Assembly (NCBI GenBank): GCA_044344255.1
Contig: JBIJDH010000003.1
Coordinates: 224,001-288,000, forward strand
Length of the DNA: 64,000 nt
DNA from: Myxococcota bacterium
GTDB lineage: Bacteria; Myxococcota_A; UBA796; UBA2385
Reading direction: 5' to 3'
The position numbers and the translations under genes were made by a program. The notes beneath the pieces are model-generated. The model saw only the letters and a program-made list of their open reading frames with translations, did no database searches and was not told where the DNA came from. Each line of letters starts with the position of its first letter. Within the stretch, counting starts at the first letter, position 1. Positions 8,337 through 17,649 of this stretch are shown here, piece by piece.

Positions 8337-10325
8337 ATGTTGATCCGGTTCCTGGTCCTGCTGCTCACCTTCTGCTTCGGCAGCGCCTATGCATCCACGC
8401 TTCCGGATGGCGATTCGCCGACGGTGGCCGGACGGTCCTACAAGAAGGACGAGAAGAGCGCCGAAGAGAAGTCGGAAGACCAGAAGCGTGCGGAGGCGGA
8501 GGCGGAGCGGAAGCGGAAGGAGAAGCTGGCGCGTGTCATCGTCCTCAAGTGGAAGGGCACCGACACCGACTACTCGAACGACCTCGTGATGCGGAACGTG
8601 CGGAGTCGAATCTCCCGTCCGGAGGCGATGTTCTTCCCCGAGGTCGATCTGTACCAGTCGGGCCGCAAGGTCCCCGATCGTACGGTGATCCCGGCGCTGC
8701 AGCCCGCCGTGGTCCCGGACGCCAACATCGCCGTGATCCTGAACGAGGTGAACAAGGTGGCGAGCGTGCCCTGGAACGCTTGGACCCCGTCGGAGTGGGG
8801 GCTCAAGGCCCAGGAGCTCGCCCGGCTGTCCGAGAGCCTGTGGTTCGTGGACCGGGTGGAGCTGCGCGAGCCGCTCTTCCTGCTGTACTCGCAGATTGGC
8901 AAGTGCGCGGAGAACCAGAACCACCCGGCCTCGCCCTTCTTCGAGCAGGTTGGCCCCACGCCGGTCAACTACTACTGGTACAAGGCGGCGCTCCTTGCGT
9001 ATCAGGAGCCTGCGTTGATGAGCAAGCTCACCGACCAGGACCTCGCCGGGAGCATCGGGTACCTGCTGTCCCAGCTCCAGCAGGGTTTCTACCCCTCCTA
9101 CAAGATCGACTTTGAGCTCGAGAACAACTACAACGCCGAACAGTTCAACAAAGAGTACGAGATCCGCATCAACGGCATCCCGGTTGAGCTCGACAAAGAC
9201 GCCCAGTACGACGCCTTCCTCGGGCGCACCGACATCTACCTGAAGCGGAAGGACTCCGGCCACGGCCTCTCAGAGCGCCTGGAGCTGCTTCAGCTCGACA
9301 ACAAGGTCTGGTTCGTCCGTGACGTCGCCCGCAAGATGATGGGCATCGACTTCATCGAGCAGCTCTTTCTCCACAAGATTGAGTGCTCCCCCGAGGTGGA
9401 TGGCAACATCCTGAACTACCTCGCGATCTACCAGAAGCTCCACGACAAGGCCGAGATCTACATCGCGGTGCCCGAGAACGGGAACCCGAACGAGGTCTGG
9501 ATCTGGCGATATGATCGGCAGAAGGCTGAGCTCAGCCGCGTGGGCGAGCCCGACAACTTCCCTGTGCACTTCGCCTTCGTCGCGAGCTCAGGCCTGATCT
9601 ACAACGGGGCCAGCAGCTCGGTCGATCAAGAGGTGGACACGGGCGGCAAGGACAACAGCTCCGAGCCGGGTGATCGGACCGGCCTCGACATCACGGTCGA
9701 CCCGGCCGCGGTTCCCTTCCAGGCCGAGCTGCGCATCCACTACAACCGCCTGATGGTGGCCTTCGGTGGGGAGTGGGGCCTCGAAGCCTCCCGCAAGGAT
9801 GAGGCGAACGGGTGGGTTGAGTACTACCAGCACCGCAAGCCCTTTGGATACGTGACGGATGCAGACGGGAACAGCACCTTCAAGGAGCTGGATGAGAACG
9901 ACATCGGTGCGGTGGCGCTCTCATCTTGTGGTGACAAGGGCGAGTCCTGCCAGGCTGACCAGATCCTCATGCACCGCGACTTCAACCGGAACCTCTGGCT
10001 CTCTTCGGGCATGGTCTTTGGCCGTGATGCGGGGATCGGCTTCGGCCCTCGGCTAGCCTTCCGCTTCGGTTGGAACAACATGCCCCACGGCGTGACCACC
10101 ACCGGCCACTTCGGCTGGGCCATCCAACCGCCGATCGGCGACTTCGGCGGGCGGGTGCGTCCGCTGGTGGACATCGATCTGCGCGGCGGCGCCATGATCC
10201 CCACCGACCGCTCCCTCGCTCGTGACCCCCTGCCTGGCTACGAACAGCTCGACAAGGAAGGGAACCCGGAGAGCCCGGTCCAGCCCCTCTTCGGAGGGAC
10301 GCTGGGGATCGGCCTCACCTTCTGA
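8337..10325 (+). CDS. Secreted protein with probable C-terminal outer-membrane beta-barrel
   Basis: Signal peptide ending AYA; helical N-half; alternating beta-strands; ends GTLGIGLTF (beta-signal-like). Confidence 0.6.
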   Translation: MLIRFLVLLLTFCFGSAYASTLPDGDSPTVAGRSYKKDEKSAEEKSEDQKRAEAEAERKRKEKLARVIVLKWKGTDTDYSNDLVMRNVRSRISRPEAMFFPEVDLYQSGRKVPDRTVIPALQPAVVPDANIAVILNEVNKVASVPWNAWTPSEWGLKAQELARLSESLWFVDRVELREPLFLLYSQIGKCAENQNHPASPFFEQVGPTPVNYYWYKAALLAYQEPALMSKLTDQDLAGSIGYLLSQLQQGFYPSYKIDFELENNYNAEQFNKEYEIRINGIPVELDKDAQYDAFLGRTDIYLKRKDSGHGLSERLELLQLDNKVWFVRDVARKMMGIDFIEQLFLHKIECSPEVDGNILNYLAIYQKLHDKAEIYIAVPENGNPNEVWIWRYDRQKAELSRVGEPDNFPVHFAFVASSGLIYNGASSSVDQEVDTGGKDNSSEPGDRTGLDITVDPAAVPFQAELRIHYNRLMVAFGGEWGLEASRKDEANGWVEYYQHRKPFGYVTDADGNSTFKELDENDIGAVALSSCGDKGESCQADQILMHRDFNRNLWLSSGMVFGRDAGIGFGPRLAFRFGWNNMPHGVTTTGHFGWAIQPPIGDFGGRVRPLVDIDLRGGAMIPTDRSLARDPLPGYEQLDKEGNPESPVQPLFGGTLGIGLTF

Positions 10326-10412
10326 TCTCGCCGAGGAGCGCGGGGACGCGGCCCTCAGTCTGCCGGCTCGTTGGTCGCCAACGGGCCCGCTCTTGGCCTT
10401 TCTGGAGGATGG

Positions 10413-11309
10413 ATGCTGTTGCTCGCGCTTCTCGGGGTCGCTCATGCCGGTGAGCTGGCTTGGCGGTGGACTCCAGGGGTCACCTACCGATACCACGCGG
10501 AGGCGATCCTCCAGGTCCCCGGAAACGTCTTCTTGATGCACGCGGAGCGCAACCTGGAGGCTCGCGCGGCACAGCTCGGGATCGCCGCAGACTTGACCTG
10601 CACGCCGACGGCCAAGAAGAAAGGCTGGGATCTGACGTGCACCCTCGATCAGGTCGGCTTGGAGGGCTTGGCCGTGTCCGGCGAGCAGGACAACCTCAAG
10701 GTCATCCTCGCCGAAGACAACGAGAAGCTGAAGGGCTCAACCTTGACCCTCGACGTCGCGGAAGACGGGCGGATCAAGGGCGTCGCCTTGCCGAACTGGG
10801 ACCGGCGGGATTCCCGCCACAAGCTGATCGTCGAGGAGATGCGGATGGTGCTGGCGCGCCTCGTCGTCCCCCTCGGTATGGAGACCCCCGGCGACGGTAT
10901 CGGCGCGACCGGTTGGAAGCACTCGGGCTCGTACCCTGGCTTTGTGCTGTTTGACAACGGCGGTTCGACGGGCGGTTCCTTCTATCGGTACGAGCTCGGC
11001 GGGCCCCCAGTCCCGGGCACCGTCGGCGTGCTCGGCGCTGGCACGGCCGCCCAGTCCACCTCGGCGGAGCTGGCGCGGAACATCGGCGCCGCCGTCAGCC
11101 TCGTGGGCGCCGGCCAGTACCGCTTCGACAGCCAGTCCGGCACCCTCGCGTGGGGTACGGTCACGATCACGGGCGAAGCGACGAACAGCAACCCGACGGC
11201 CCAGCTCAAGTACCAGTACGGCTACGCGGGATGGATCGGCCGGATAAACGCCGATGGATCGGTCGAGGGGATCGGCGGCCCCTCTCCGGTGCCCGCCGCG
11301 ACCCCCTGA
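10413..11309 (+). CDS. Secreted beta-rich hypothetical protein
   Basis: GGAGG RBS at 10404-10408, signal peptide MLLLALLGVAHA, host-like codon usage. Confidence 0.65.
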   Translation: MLLLALLGVAHAGELAWRWTPGVTYRYHAEAILQVPGNVFLMHAERNLEARAAQLGIAADLTCTPTAKKKGWDLTCTLDQVGLEGLAVSGEQDNLKVILAEDNEKLKGSTLTLDVAEDGRIKGVALPNWDRRDSRHKLIVEEMRMVLARLVVPLGMETPGDGIGATGWKHSGSYPGFVLFDNGGSTGGSFYRYELGGPPVPGTVGVLGAGTAAQSTSAELARNIGAAVSLVGAGQYRFDSQSGTLAWGTVTITGEATNSNPTAQLKYQYGYAGWIGRINADGSVEGIGGPSPVPAATP

Positions 11310-11381
11310 AGGTCAGCCCCCGGGGGTCCGAGGGAGATCGACGGTCCGCGCCACGGGTGCAGCGCTACCGGGCCGACCGAC

Positions 11382-13475
11382 TCAGAGATCGCGGACGAAC
11401 TCGTAGTACTTCCCGAAGTGCACCCGGCTGACCTGCTTGCCCATCTTGACGAGCTCGCGGGCGATGGCTTCGACGACGTGGCGCATGCACACCGGTTCGC
11501 GGCGCGTGGAGGCGATAATACAGGCGTTGATCGCCGCGTTGACGATGTTGCCGCCTGCAATGATGAACTGTTCGGCGATCTCGGCGAGCACGAGGTCGTC
11601 GCCGCGGGGCGCGCCGGGCGGGATCGCGCGACGCCAGAGCTCGGTGCGCTCTACGGCGGTGGGCATCGGGAATTCGATCACGGCGCCGAAGCGGCGGAGG
11701 AAGGCTTCGTCGATGTTCTCTTGGAGGTTGGTCGTGAGGATCGCGCAGCCTTCGAAGGTCTCCATCCGCTGGAGGAGGAAGCTCACCTCTTGGTTGGCAA
11801 AACGGTCCTGCGCCTGCTTGACGTCTCCGCGGGAGCCGAAGAGGGCGTCGGCCTCGTCGAACAGCACCACTGCTGTGCCGCCCTCGGCCGCGTCGAAGAT
11901 CTCGCGGAGGTTCTTCTCCGTCTCACCCACCCACCGGGAGACGACGGACGAGAGATCGACGCGGAAGAGGTCGAGGCCCAGCGTGCCGGCGATCACCTCC
12001 GCAGCCATCGTCTTTCCCGTGCCTGGGCCCCCGGAGAACAGCGCCTTGATGCCGTATCCGCGGGCGCGGACCTTGTTGGCACCCCAGCGATGGAAGACGG
12101 TCTCCTGCTCGGCGAGGAAGTCGATGATCTGCTGGAGCTGAGTGCGGATCTTGTCGCTGATGACCAGATCCTGCCACGTGTAGCGAGGGATGACGTGCAT
12201 CGCGAGTCCGCGGAACTCCGGCCGCGAGCACTCCCGCGCCGCGGTCCATAGCGACTCCTGGCTTGGCTCCTTGCCGCCGCACTCGGCCTCCGCCCGCTCC
12301 ATCACGCGGTCGATCGTGGTGCCGCCTACTGAATAGAAGCGCTCGGAGAGCTCGACCGCCGGATCAGTGCTCCAGCCGCGCTCCTCGAAGGCCTCGGTCC
12401 AGGCTCCGAGCCGCTCGGGCAGGTTCGTGCGGTGCACCTGGACGGTGACGCTTGGGCGCTCATTCCCGAGGAGGGAGCCGATCGCGCGACGGTCGGTGCC
12501 GCCGATCAAGACCGGGTAGGGGAGGGTGGCGAGGGCTCCACCGAGGTGGATGAGCTGGTTTCGGAGGGCGGGGTCCTCCTGTGCGCTCATCACGTTGACG
12601 ATGTAGGGCAGGGCCTGGCTGAGGCGCAGCTCTCGAACGAGATCCCAAGGTTGTTCGAGGTATTGTTGGCAGCGTTCAAGATCGACGCGGGCCAGGGGTG
12701 TCCCGGCGGAGCGGGCGATGGCCATCGCCGTGGCCTCCCGCGCACCCATGGTCGCGCCGATGATCGCGATGGTGACGGCCTTGTTGAGACCCCCTGCGAT
12801 TTCGGCGATGCGGAGCCGGGTGGGGCCCGGGATGAGGGTCTTCCGACTGGTGTCGAGGGGCGTGAAACCGACGCCGGCGGGCAGCTCGACCTCCTCCATC
12901 AGCCACTGCAAGAAGCGGCCGCTGGGGTGGATCCGCCGCGCGGTGTGGGTCTCGGAGCCCTCGGCGGGATCGAGCAGCAGCAGCCGGTTTCGGATCAGCG
13001 GAGCGCCGGACATCATGCGCGCCTGCAACCCGAGGCGCTCGGTGCGGTGCGTACGGAGGACGCGGGTGGCGAGGTCGACCGTCAGGAAGGGCTGATTCAA
13101 ATTGTCGTTGAGATAGGCGAAGATACGGCCGTAGCCGGCCGAGATCTCGGGGGCCATCGCGAGGAGCAGGAGGTCGGAGTCGTCGCCGTCGAGGGCGAAG
13201 GCGCGACGCAAGCGCGCAAAGCGACCATTGGGGTCGTCGCGCAGGGCGGCGCTGGCCACCACCGCGTTCTCGAGTCCGTCCGGGGTGTTCGGCGGCAGGT
13301 CGATCTCGCCGTGCGCCTGGAGCAGCGCGTCCACTTCGTCATCGGTGATGACGGAGCCCCAGAACTGCCCTTTGGCCCGCATGGCCGGCCGGGCGCGTTG
13401 GCGGCGAACCGCGCGAAGCAGGAGCAGATCCGTCCGTCGGAGCCGGCGCGCCAGCTCCTCATACACCGTTGCCAA
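11382..13475 (-). CDS. eCIS-associated AAA+ ATPase (Afp15/Pvc15-like)
   Basis: Walker A GGPGTGKT, VDLSSVVSRWVGETEKNL, Walker B LFDEADALFG, DRFANQEVSFLLQRME; N-terminal AYLND..PFLT region; first AAA module degenerate. Confidence 0.92.
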   Translation of the reverse strand: MATVYEELARRLRRTDLLLLRAVRRQRARPAMRAKGQFWGSVITDDEVDALLQAHGEIDLPPNTPDGLENAVVASAALRDDPNGRFARLRRAFALDGDDSDLLLLAMAPEISAGYGRIFAYLNDNLNQPFLTVDLATRVLRTHRTERLGLQARMMSGAPLIRNRLLLLDPAEGSETHTARRIHPSGRFLQWLMEEVELPAGVGFTPLDTSRKTLIPGPTRLRIAEIAGGLNKAVTIAIIGATMGAREATAMAIARSAGTPLARVDLERCQQYLEQPWDLVRELRLSQALPYIVNVMSAQEDPALRNQLIHLGGALATLPYPVLIGGTDRRAIGSLLGNERPSVTVQVHRTNLPERLGAWTEAFEERGWSTDPAVELSERFYSVGGTTIDRVMERAEAECGGKEPSQESLWTAARECSRPEFRGLAMHVIPRYTWQDLVISDKIRTQLQQIIDFLAEQETVFHRWGANKVRARGYGIKALFSGGPGTGKTMAAEVIAGTLGLDLFRVDLSSVVSRWVGETEKNLREIFDAAEGGTAVVLFDEADALFGSRGDVKQAQDRFANQEVSFLLQRMETFEGCAILTTNLQENIDEAFLRRFGAVIEFPMPTAVERTELWRRAIPPGAPRGDDLVLAEIAEQFIIAGGNIVNAAINACIIASTRREPVCMRHVVEAIARELVKMGKQVSRVHFGKYYEFVRDL

Positions 13476-13493
13476 GGGGACGCTCCGAATGTC

Positions 13494-14201
13494 TTAGACG
13501 ATCGTGCCTTTCTTGTCGGCGTGCCGGTCCAGCTGCGATTGAGAGTGATCGTCCATCGAGCCGAGCACACGCCGAGCGAGGTCGTCCACCACGTCGAGGT
13601 GGCTGTAACCTTGGGCGATCATCGCTCGGTAGCCGCGGACCGGATCGCTCTTCGACGCGATGGTCTCCGGCTTTCCGGCCGCGCCGCCGGCCGCGCCGCC
13701 CACGCTGCTGCCGCCCTTCTCGGAGGAATTGTGCGGGTCGCCGTGGCCGGCGCCTGCATGGGGCTGGTAGCCGCCTTCGTAACCGCCCTCCATCCGGTGG
13801 AAGACCATGCGCTCCACCGCCCGCGCCGCGACCTCTTCAGCGTCTCGGAAATTTTCCCCGCCTCCACCGCCTCCGCCGTCGCCGTGCTGGGCGTGGAAGG
13901 CCTCGTGGGCGTACAGCGCCTGATCTTCAGGGTTGGAAGGATTGAAGTCGTCGGCGACGATGATCTGCCGATCGAGGGTCATCGCGCGAGCGCCGACCGA
14001 CTTCAGGGCGCGCTGCGCGAGCTCACCCCGGTAGACCGAGCCGCCACCGGGCATCGACTGCCGTTGGAGGGCGCCCGACTCCAGCCGGCTCGCCACCCGA
14101 CCGACCGTGGAGGAGCCGACCACGCTCCGACCGTCACCCGCCCCTTCTCGGTCTCTCGCGACCGATCTCGCGGCCGCCTGCCCACCTGAACGTCCAGCCA
14201 T
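13494..14201 (-). CDS. DUF4157 (eCIS core domain) protein
   Basis: GARAMTLDRQI...ALYAHEAFHAQH (HExxH)...EEVAARAVE; 18 nt upstream of the ATPase. Confidence 0.82.
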   Translation of the reverse strand: MAGRSGGQAAARSVARDREGAGDGRSVVGSSTVGRVASRLESGALQRQSMPGGGSVYRGELAQRALKSVGARAMTLDRQIIVADDFNPSNPEDQALYAHEAFHAQHGDGGGGGGGENFRDAEEVAARAVERMVFHRMEGGYEGGYQPHAGAGHGDPHNSSEKGGSSVGGAAGGAAGKPETIASKSDPVRGYRAMIAQGYSHLDVVDDLARRVLGSMDDHSQSQLDRHADKKGTIV

Positions 14202-14344
14202 GGGGAACCCCCGCCCGTTCTCCGCAGCCTATCGCATCCATCCGGGGAATTGAAGGCAGAACACTTCGTGTGGGCGGCCGAACCCCATCCGCTGCTCGGT
14301 CGTCAACGGCCGAGACCGGGCGTGGCGCTGATTGCGGCCGAATT

Positions 14345-15523
14345 TCAGGCTTCTCCCGGTAGACATCGCCGGGACACGATCTCGGACACCACCTCGACCG
14401 CCCGAGTGAGCGCCGAGGCCTCGATGTACTCGTCCGGTCGATGCGCGACGTCGATGCTCCCCGGCCCGAAGATGATGGGCTCCATTCCCAAGGCGGCGAG
14501 GTTGCTGCCGTCGGTGGCGAAGGGGGCGCCCGTGGGGGCAGGATCGGAGGCGAGGTCAGCGATGAGGCTGATCAGCTCGGCCTTCTCGGAGGTTAGGAGC
14601 GAGGGGGTGGACTGGAGGGGCTCGAGGATCACTCGGCCTCCGTCCGCCCGGGCCGCCGCGTCCAGCTCAGCGATCCCCGGCAGGAGGTGAGAGAGGAAGC
14701 GGTCGATCGCCTGGCCGGGGAGGGGGCGCACACCCACGGTGATGACGCAGTGCTCAGGGACGATGTTGACAGCGGACCCCCCTTGGATGAGCCCGGCGTT
14801 CACCACGGTCCAGGGCGTCGGGAGCTCGGTCTCGAAGGCGCGGTCCACCGAGAGGTCTGCCTCGACGCAGTCAAGGAGCTCCAACACACGCCGGGCGAGC
14901 TTGATCGCGCTCAGCCCTAAGGCTGGCCGACTGCTGTGCGCGGGGCGCCCCTGGCACCGGATGCGGAACGTCGAGTGGCCTGGGTGCAAGCGGCAGATAC
15001 GAAAGGAAGTGGGCTCCCCGATCAGCGCGGCCCGCGGCAAGGGGCGTCGACCGTCGGCCCGTAGTCGCTCGACGAGCAAGCGGGAGCCGTGGCAGCCGAT
15101 CTCCTCGTCGTGGGTCCAGATCAGCACGAGCTCCCGCTCGAGCCGCCAGAGGGGCAGGCCGTGCAGGGCCTCGTCCACCGCGGCGATGAAGCCCTTCATG
15201 TCGCAGGCGCCGCGCCCGTACAGGCGACCATCTCGCTCGGTGAGGCGGAAGGGATCGGCGCTCCAGGCCTGACCCTCCACCGGGACCACGTCCATGTGGC
15301 CAGAGAGCACGAGCCCATCCGTCCCCTCGGGCCCGATCGCGGCGACGATGTTGCACTTTCCGGCGCTGCTCTCGAAGCGCTCGACCCGGAATCCGAGGCC
15401 CTCGGCGCGCTCCGCGAGGAAGGCGGCGAGCTCGGTCACCGGCTGGTCGCTGACCGTCGGCCAGGCGACGAGGCGCTCCAGGGTGCGACGGACCTCAGCT
15501 CCTTCGTTTCTTCTTCTTGTCAT
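14345..15523 (-). CDS. argE: Acetylornithine deacetylase (M20 family)
   Basis: LSGHMDVVP, GRGACDMKG, DEEIGC, IGEPT, PGSIDVAHRPDEY. Confidence 0.88.
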   Translation of the reverse strand: MTRRRNEGAEVRRTLERLVAWPTVSDQPVTELAAFLAERAEGLGFRVERFESSAGKCNIVAAIGPEGTDGLVLSGHMDVVPVEGQAWSADPFRLTERDGRLYGRGACDMKGFIAAVDEALHGLPLWRLERELVLIWTHDEEIGCHGSRLLVERLRADGRRPLPRAALIGEPTSFRICRLHPGHSTFRIRCQGRPAHSSRPALGLSAIKLARRVLELLDCVEADLSVDRAFETELPTPWTVVNAGLIQGGSAVNIVPEHCVITVGVRPLPGQAIDRFLSHLLPGIAELDAAARADGGRVILEPLQSTPSLLTSEKAELISLIADLASDPAPTGAPFATDGSNLAALGMEPIIFGPGSIDVAHRPDEYIEASALTRAVEVVSEIVSRRCLPGEA

Positions 15524-16244
15524 CGGCCTTGTCCTTGTCCGTCGCAGCCTTGGCTTCGCCCTCCTGTTCTTCTCCCTCTTCTTCGGTCTCCCACCAAGGA
15601 CGCTTACGCTGCCGATCGAGGGCGTCTGCCTCCATCGTGCTGGTCACGTTGAGGATGTCCATCGCGACGCTGAGCCCCTTGGGCAGGCTTACCCGCGCGG
15701 AGACCGCGGAAGACTGCACATGGCCGAGCTCCGCGGGGCCGCCGGCCATCGACACCTCTTGTTCTCCGGCGTCGAAGTTCTGGCGAACCTGATCGGGGAC
15801 GCTCTGAAATGCGGCCCGCTCGGCCTCCATGGCCCGGTCGAGCAGGGCCGCGCCCTGGCCGAGGTTGCCGTTGGCGAGGGCCTCGCCGGCACGCTTGTAG
15901 GCCTTCGCGCTCTCGTGCCAGCGGGTCGGATCAGGGAGCCCAAAGCCCTTGTTTCCGCGGGCAACCTCCTTGTACCAGTCGCGCTCGTCCTTCATCTCGG
16001 CGAGCTCCCTTTGCTGGACGCCCTTGACCACGCTCAGACGCTGCAGGATGAACGCGAGCAGCGCGTCGCGCTTGCCGTTGGCGCCCTTGATTTGACCTTC
16101 AACTTCCTGATTTCCAGCCTTTCTCCCTATTTTTTCGGCCCTCATGGCCTCGGGATCGGCCATCGCAGCCTGCCGCGGCATCGCCCGGATGCTCTGGGCC
16201 TGCCGGTCTTGCACCAGGGGCGTCTTCTTGTGGTCGCGGCTCAT
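15495..16244 (-). CDS. Hypothetical helical protein with N-terminal GNQ motif (candidate CIS cargo or accessory)
   Basis: ATG 16244 divergent from the structural operon; AEKIGRKAGNQEV motif; charged tail overlapping the argE start. Confidence 0.6.
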   Translation of the reverse strand: MSRDHKKTPLVQDRQAQSIRAMPRQAAMADPEAMRAEKIGRKAGNQEVEGQIKGANGKRDALLAFILQRLSVVKGVQQRELAEMKDERDWYKEVARGNKGFGLPDPTRWHESAKAYKRAGEALANGNLGQGAALLDRAMEAERAAFQSVPDQVRQNFDAGEQEVSMAGGPAELGHVQSSAVSARVSLPKGLSVAMDILNVTSTMEADALDRQRKRPWWETEEEGEEQEGEAKAATDKDKADDKKKKRRS

Positions 16245-16352
16245 GCACGAAATCCTAACACTCGATGGGCTTCGGCCTTGACCGGCCATGCGCGATTCGG
16301 GTAGCTTTGCCGCAGCCCGTTCCACGCCGCTGTCGTTGGAGTTCCCCTCCTG

Positions 16353-16802
16353 ATGAGAGATCCGCGAATCCGCCTCGAACGTCGGGTCACCGGAGAGCGA
16401 TCTCGGGACCTCCCGGAGATGGTCCTCCGGATGTTCGAGCGCGAGGCGGAGCGTGAAGGCAAGGTCCAGCTCCAGCCGCACCGCGAGGCGATGCGCTTCG
16501 ACGTGAGGAACATCCGTCGGCTCGTGGATCCCTCCCCGAACGCTCCGCAGATGATTCGCCTCATCCGGCACCCTTACGGGCTGATGCCCGGCGGGATGAA
16601 GAGGGCGGAGGGCTTTGGCCGCGTTCGGGTCGAGAAGAGAGCGCCTCTGCGCGCGGAGGACGCCTTCAAGGCTGCCCTCGCGGACCACGTGCTCCCCACC
16701 TGGCCGAGCCCGAGCGAGGCCCGGCCCCGCCGCGAAGCAAGGCCTCGGCTGTCTGGCCTCGATTGGTCCACCTGGGTCACCTCGGGCGAGGTGCTCGCAT
16801 GA
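16353..16802 (+). CDS. Hypothetical basic protein, first gene of the CIS structural operon
   Basis: ATGA overlap with the Pvc16-like gene at 16799; fills the gap; no recognised domain. Confidence 0.55.
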   Translation: MRDPRIRLERRVTGERSRDLPEMVLRMFEREAEREGKVQLQPHREAMRFDVRNIRRLVDPSPNAPQMIRLIRHPYGLMPGGMKRAEGFGRVRVEKRAPLRAEDAFKAALADHVLPTWPSPSEARPRREARPRLSGLDWSTWVTSGEVLA

Positions 16803-17641
16803 TCGGCGTTCCGCTCAACATCACGGGCATCGGCCCGATGTCGGGTCGAAACATCCTGGGTGAGGTCACCGAGGGGGTGCACCGCTTCCTCCTCGAGGGG
16901 TATGACGTCAGCGATCAGCCCCCTCGCTTCGAGGAGGATCTCAAGTTCGTCCCCAAGGATCGTGAAGAGGTGGTCTACCTCTACATGTACCGCGTGGCAC
17001 AGAACCCGAACCTGATCAACCGAAAGCGGCTCCGCCAGGCCCCCGTGTTCATGGACAGCGAGCCGGATGAAGGCGCGGAGGTCTTCTACCACCGACCGCC
17101 CTTGTTGCTCGATCTCTTCTACCTCGTGTGCGTCCACAGCAAGTTCCGCTCGGACGCAGAGCGCCTGCTCGGCTGGGTCTTGCTCCGCCTGAACGAGGCG
17201 ACCCACCTGATCTACCGGCCCCGTCGATTCGCGCTCCCAGACGGACGCGAGGTGGACAGCCTCGGGCGCACGTACAGCACCTCCTGCACGACCGACCACG
17301 ACGGTCTCCTCATGGAGAAAGTGTCCCTCGCGCTCTCCGACGATCTCACCGTCGGCGACGCGATCAACCTCTTCAGCCTGCACGAGGCGCCCTATCGACC
17401 CTTCCTCACCTACCGGGCGAGGGTTGCAATGGATACACCTCTTGTAGCAAGCTCTGGGGGCACGACGATCCGACTGCCGCCGCTGGCACAGACGGCCCGT
17501 CCCAACCCTCGGGAGACAACCGAGTCTCCCAGCGGGCGCCTCAAAGCTGCCCGTCCGCTCCCGACCCCCCGCAACTTGCCGGGTCCGAAACCCAACTTCG
17601 TGCGCCGATCGACAAGCGCTGAGCCCGAAACGGAGGATTGA
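16799..17641 (+). CDS. Pvc16/Afp16 N-terminal domain (DUF4255) cap/terminator protein
   Basis: VYLYMYRVAQNPNLIN, PPLLLDLFYLV, AERLLG, YRPFLTYRARV; directly upstream of the sheath. Confidence 0.85.
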   Translation: MIGVPLNITGIGPMSGRNILGEVTEGVHRFLLEGYDVSDQPPRFEEDLKFVPKDREEVVYLYMYRVAQNPNLINRKRLRQAPVFMDSEPDEGAEVFYHRPPLLLDLFYLVCVHSKFRSDAERLLGWVLLRLNEATHLIYRPRRFALPDGREVDSLGRTYSTSCTTDHDGLLMEKVSLALSDDLTVGDAINLFSLHEAPYRPFLTYRARVAMDTPLVASSGGTTIRLPPLAQTARPNPRETTESPSGRLKAARPLPTPRNLPGPKPNFVRRSTSAEPETED

Positions 17642-17649
17642 GCAGTCTC

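Noticed and set aside
1627..11309. Myxobacterial Kil/Tad pilus or an FtsZ-like (tubulin)-VWA-FHA system
   Set aside because: FHA-like and VWA domains are present, but no CpaF ATPase, TadB/C, pilin, secretin or tubulin-like GTPase motif is seen.
16245..16352. Sigma54 promoter for the CIS operon
   Set aside because: I found no correctly spaced TGGCAC-N5-TTGC-like element on either strand by eye.
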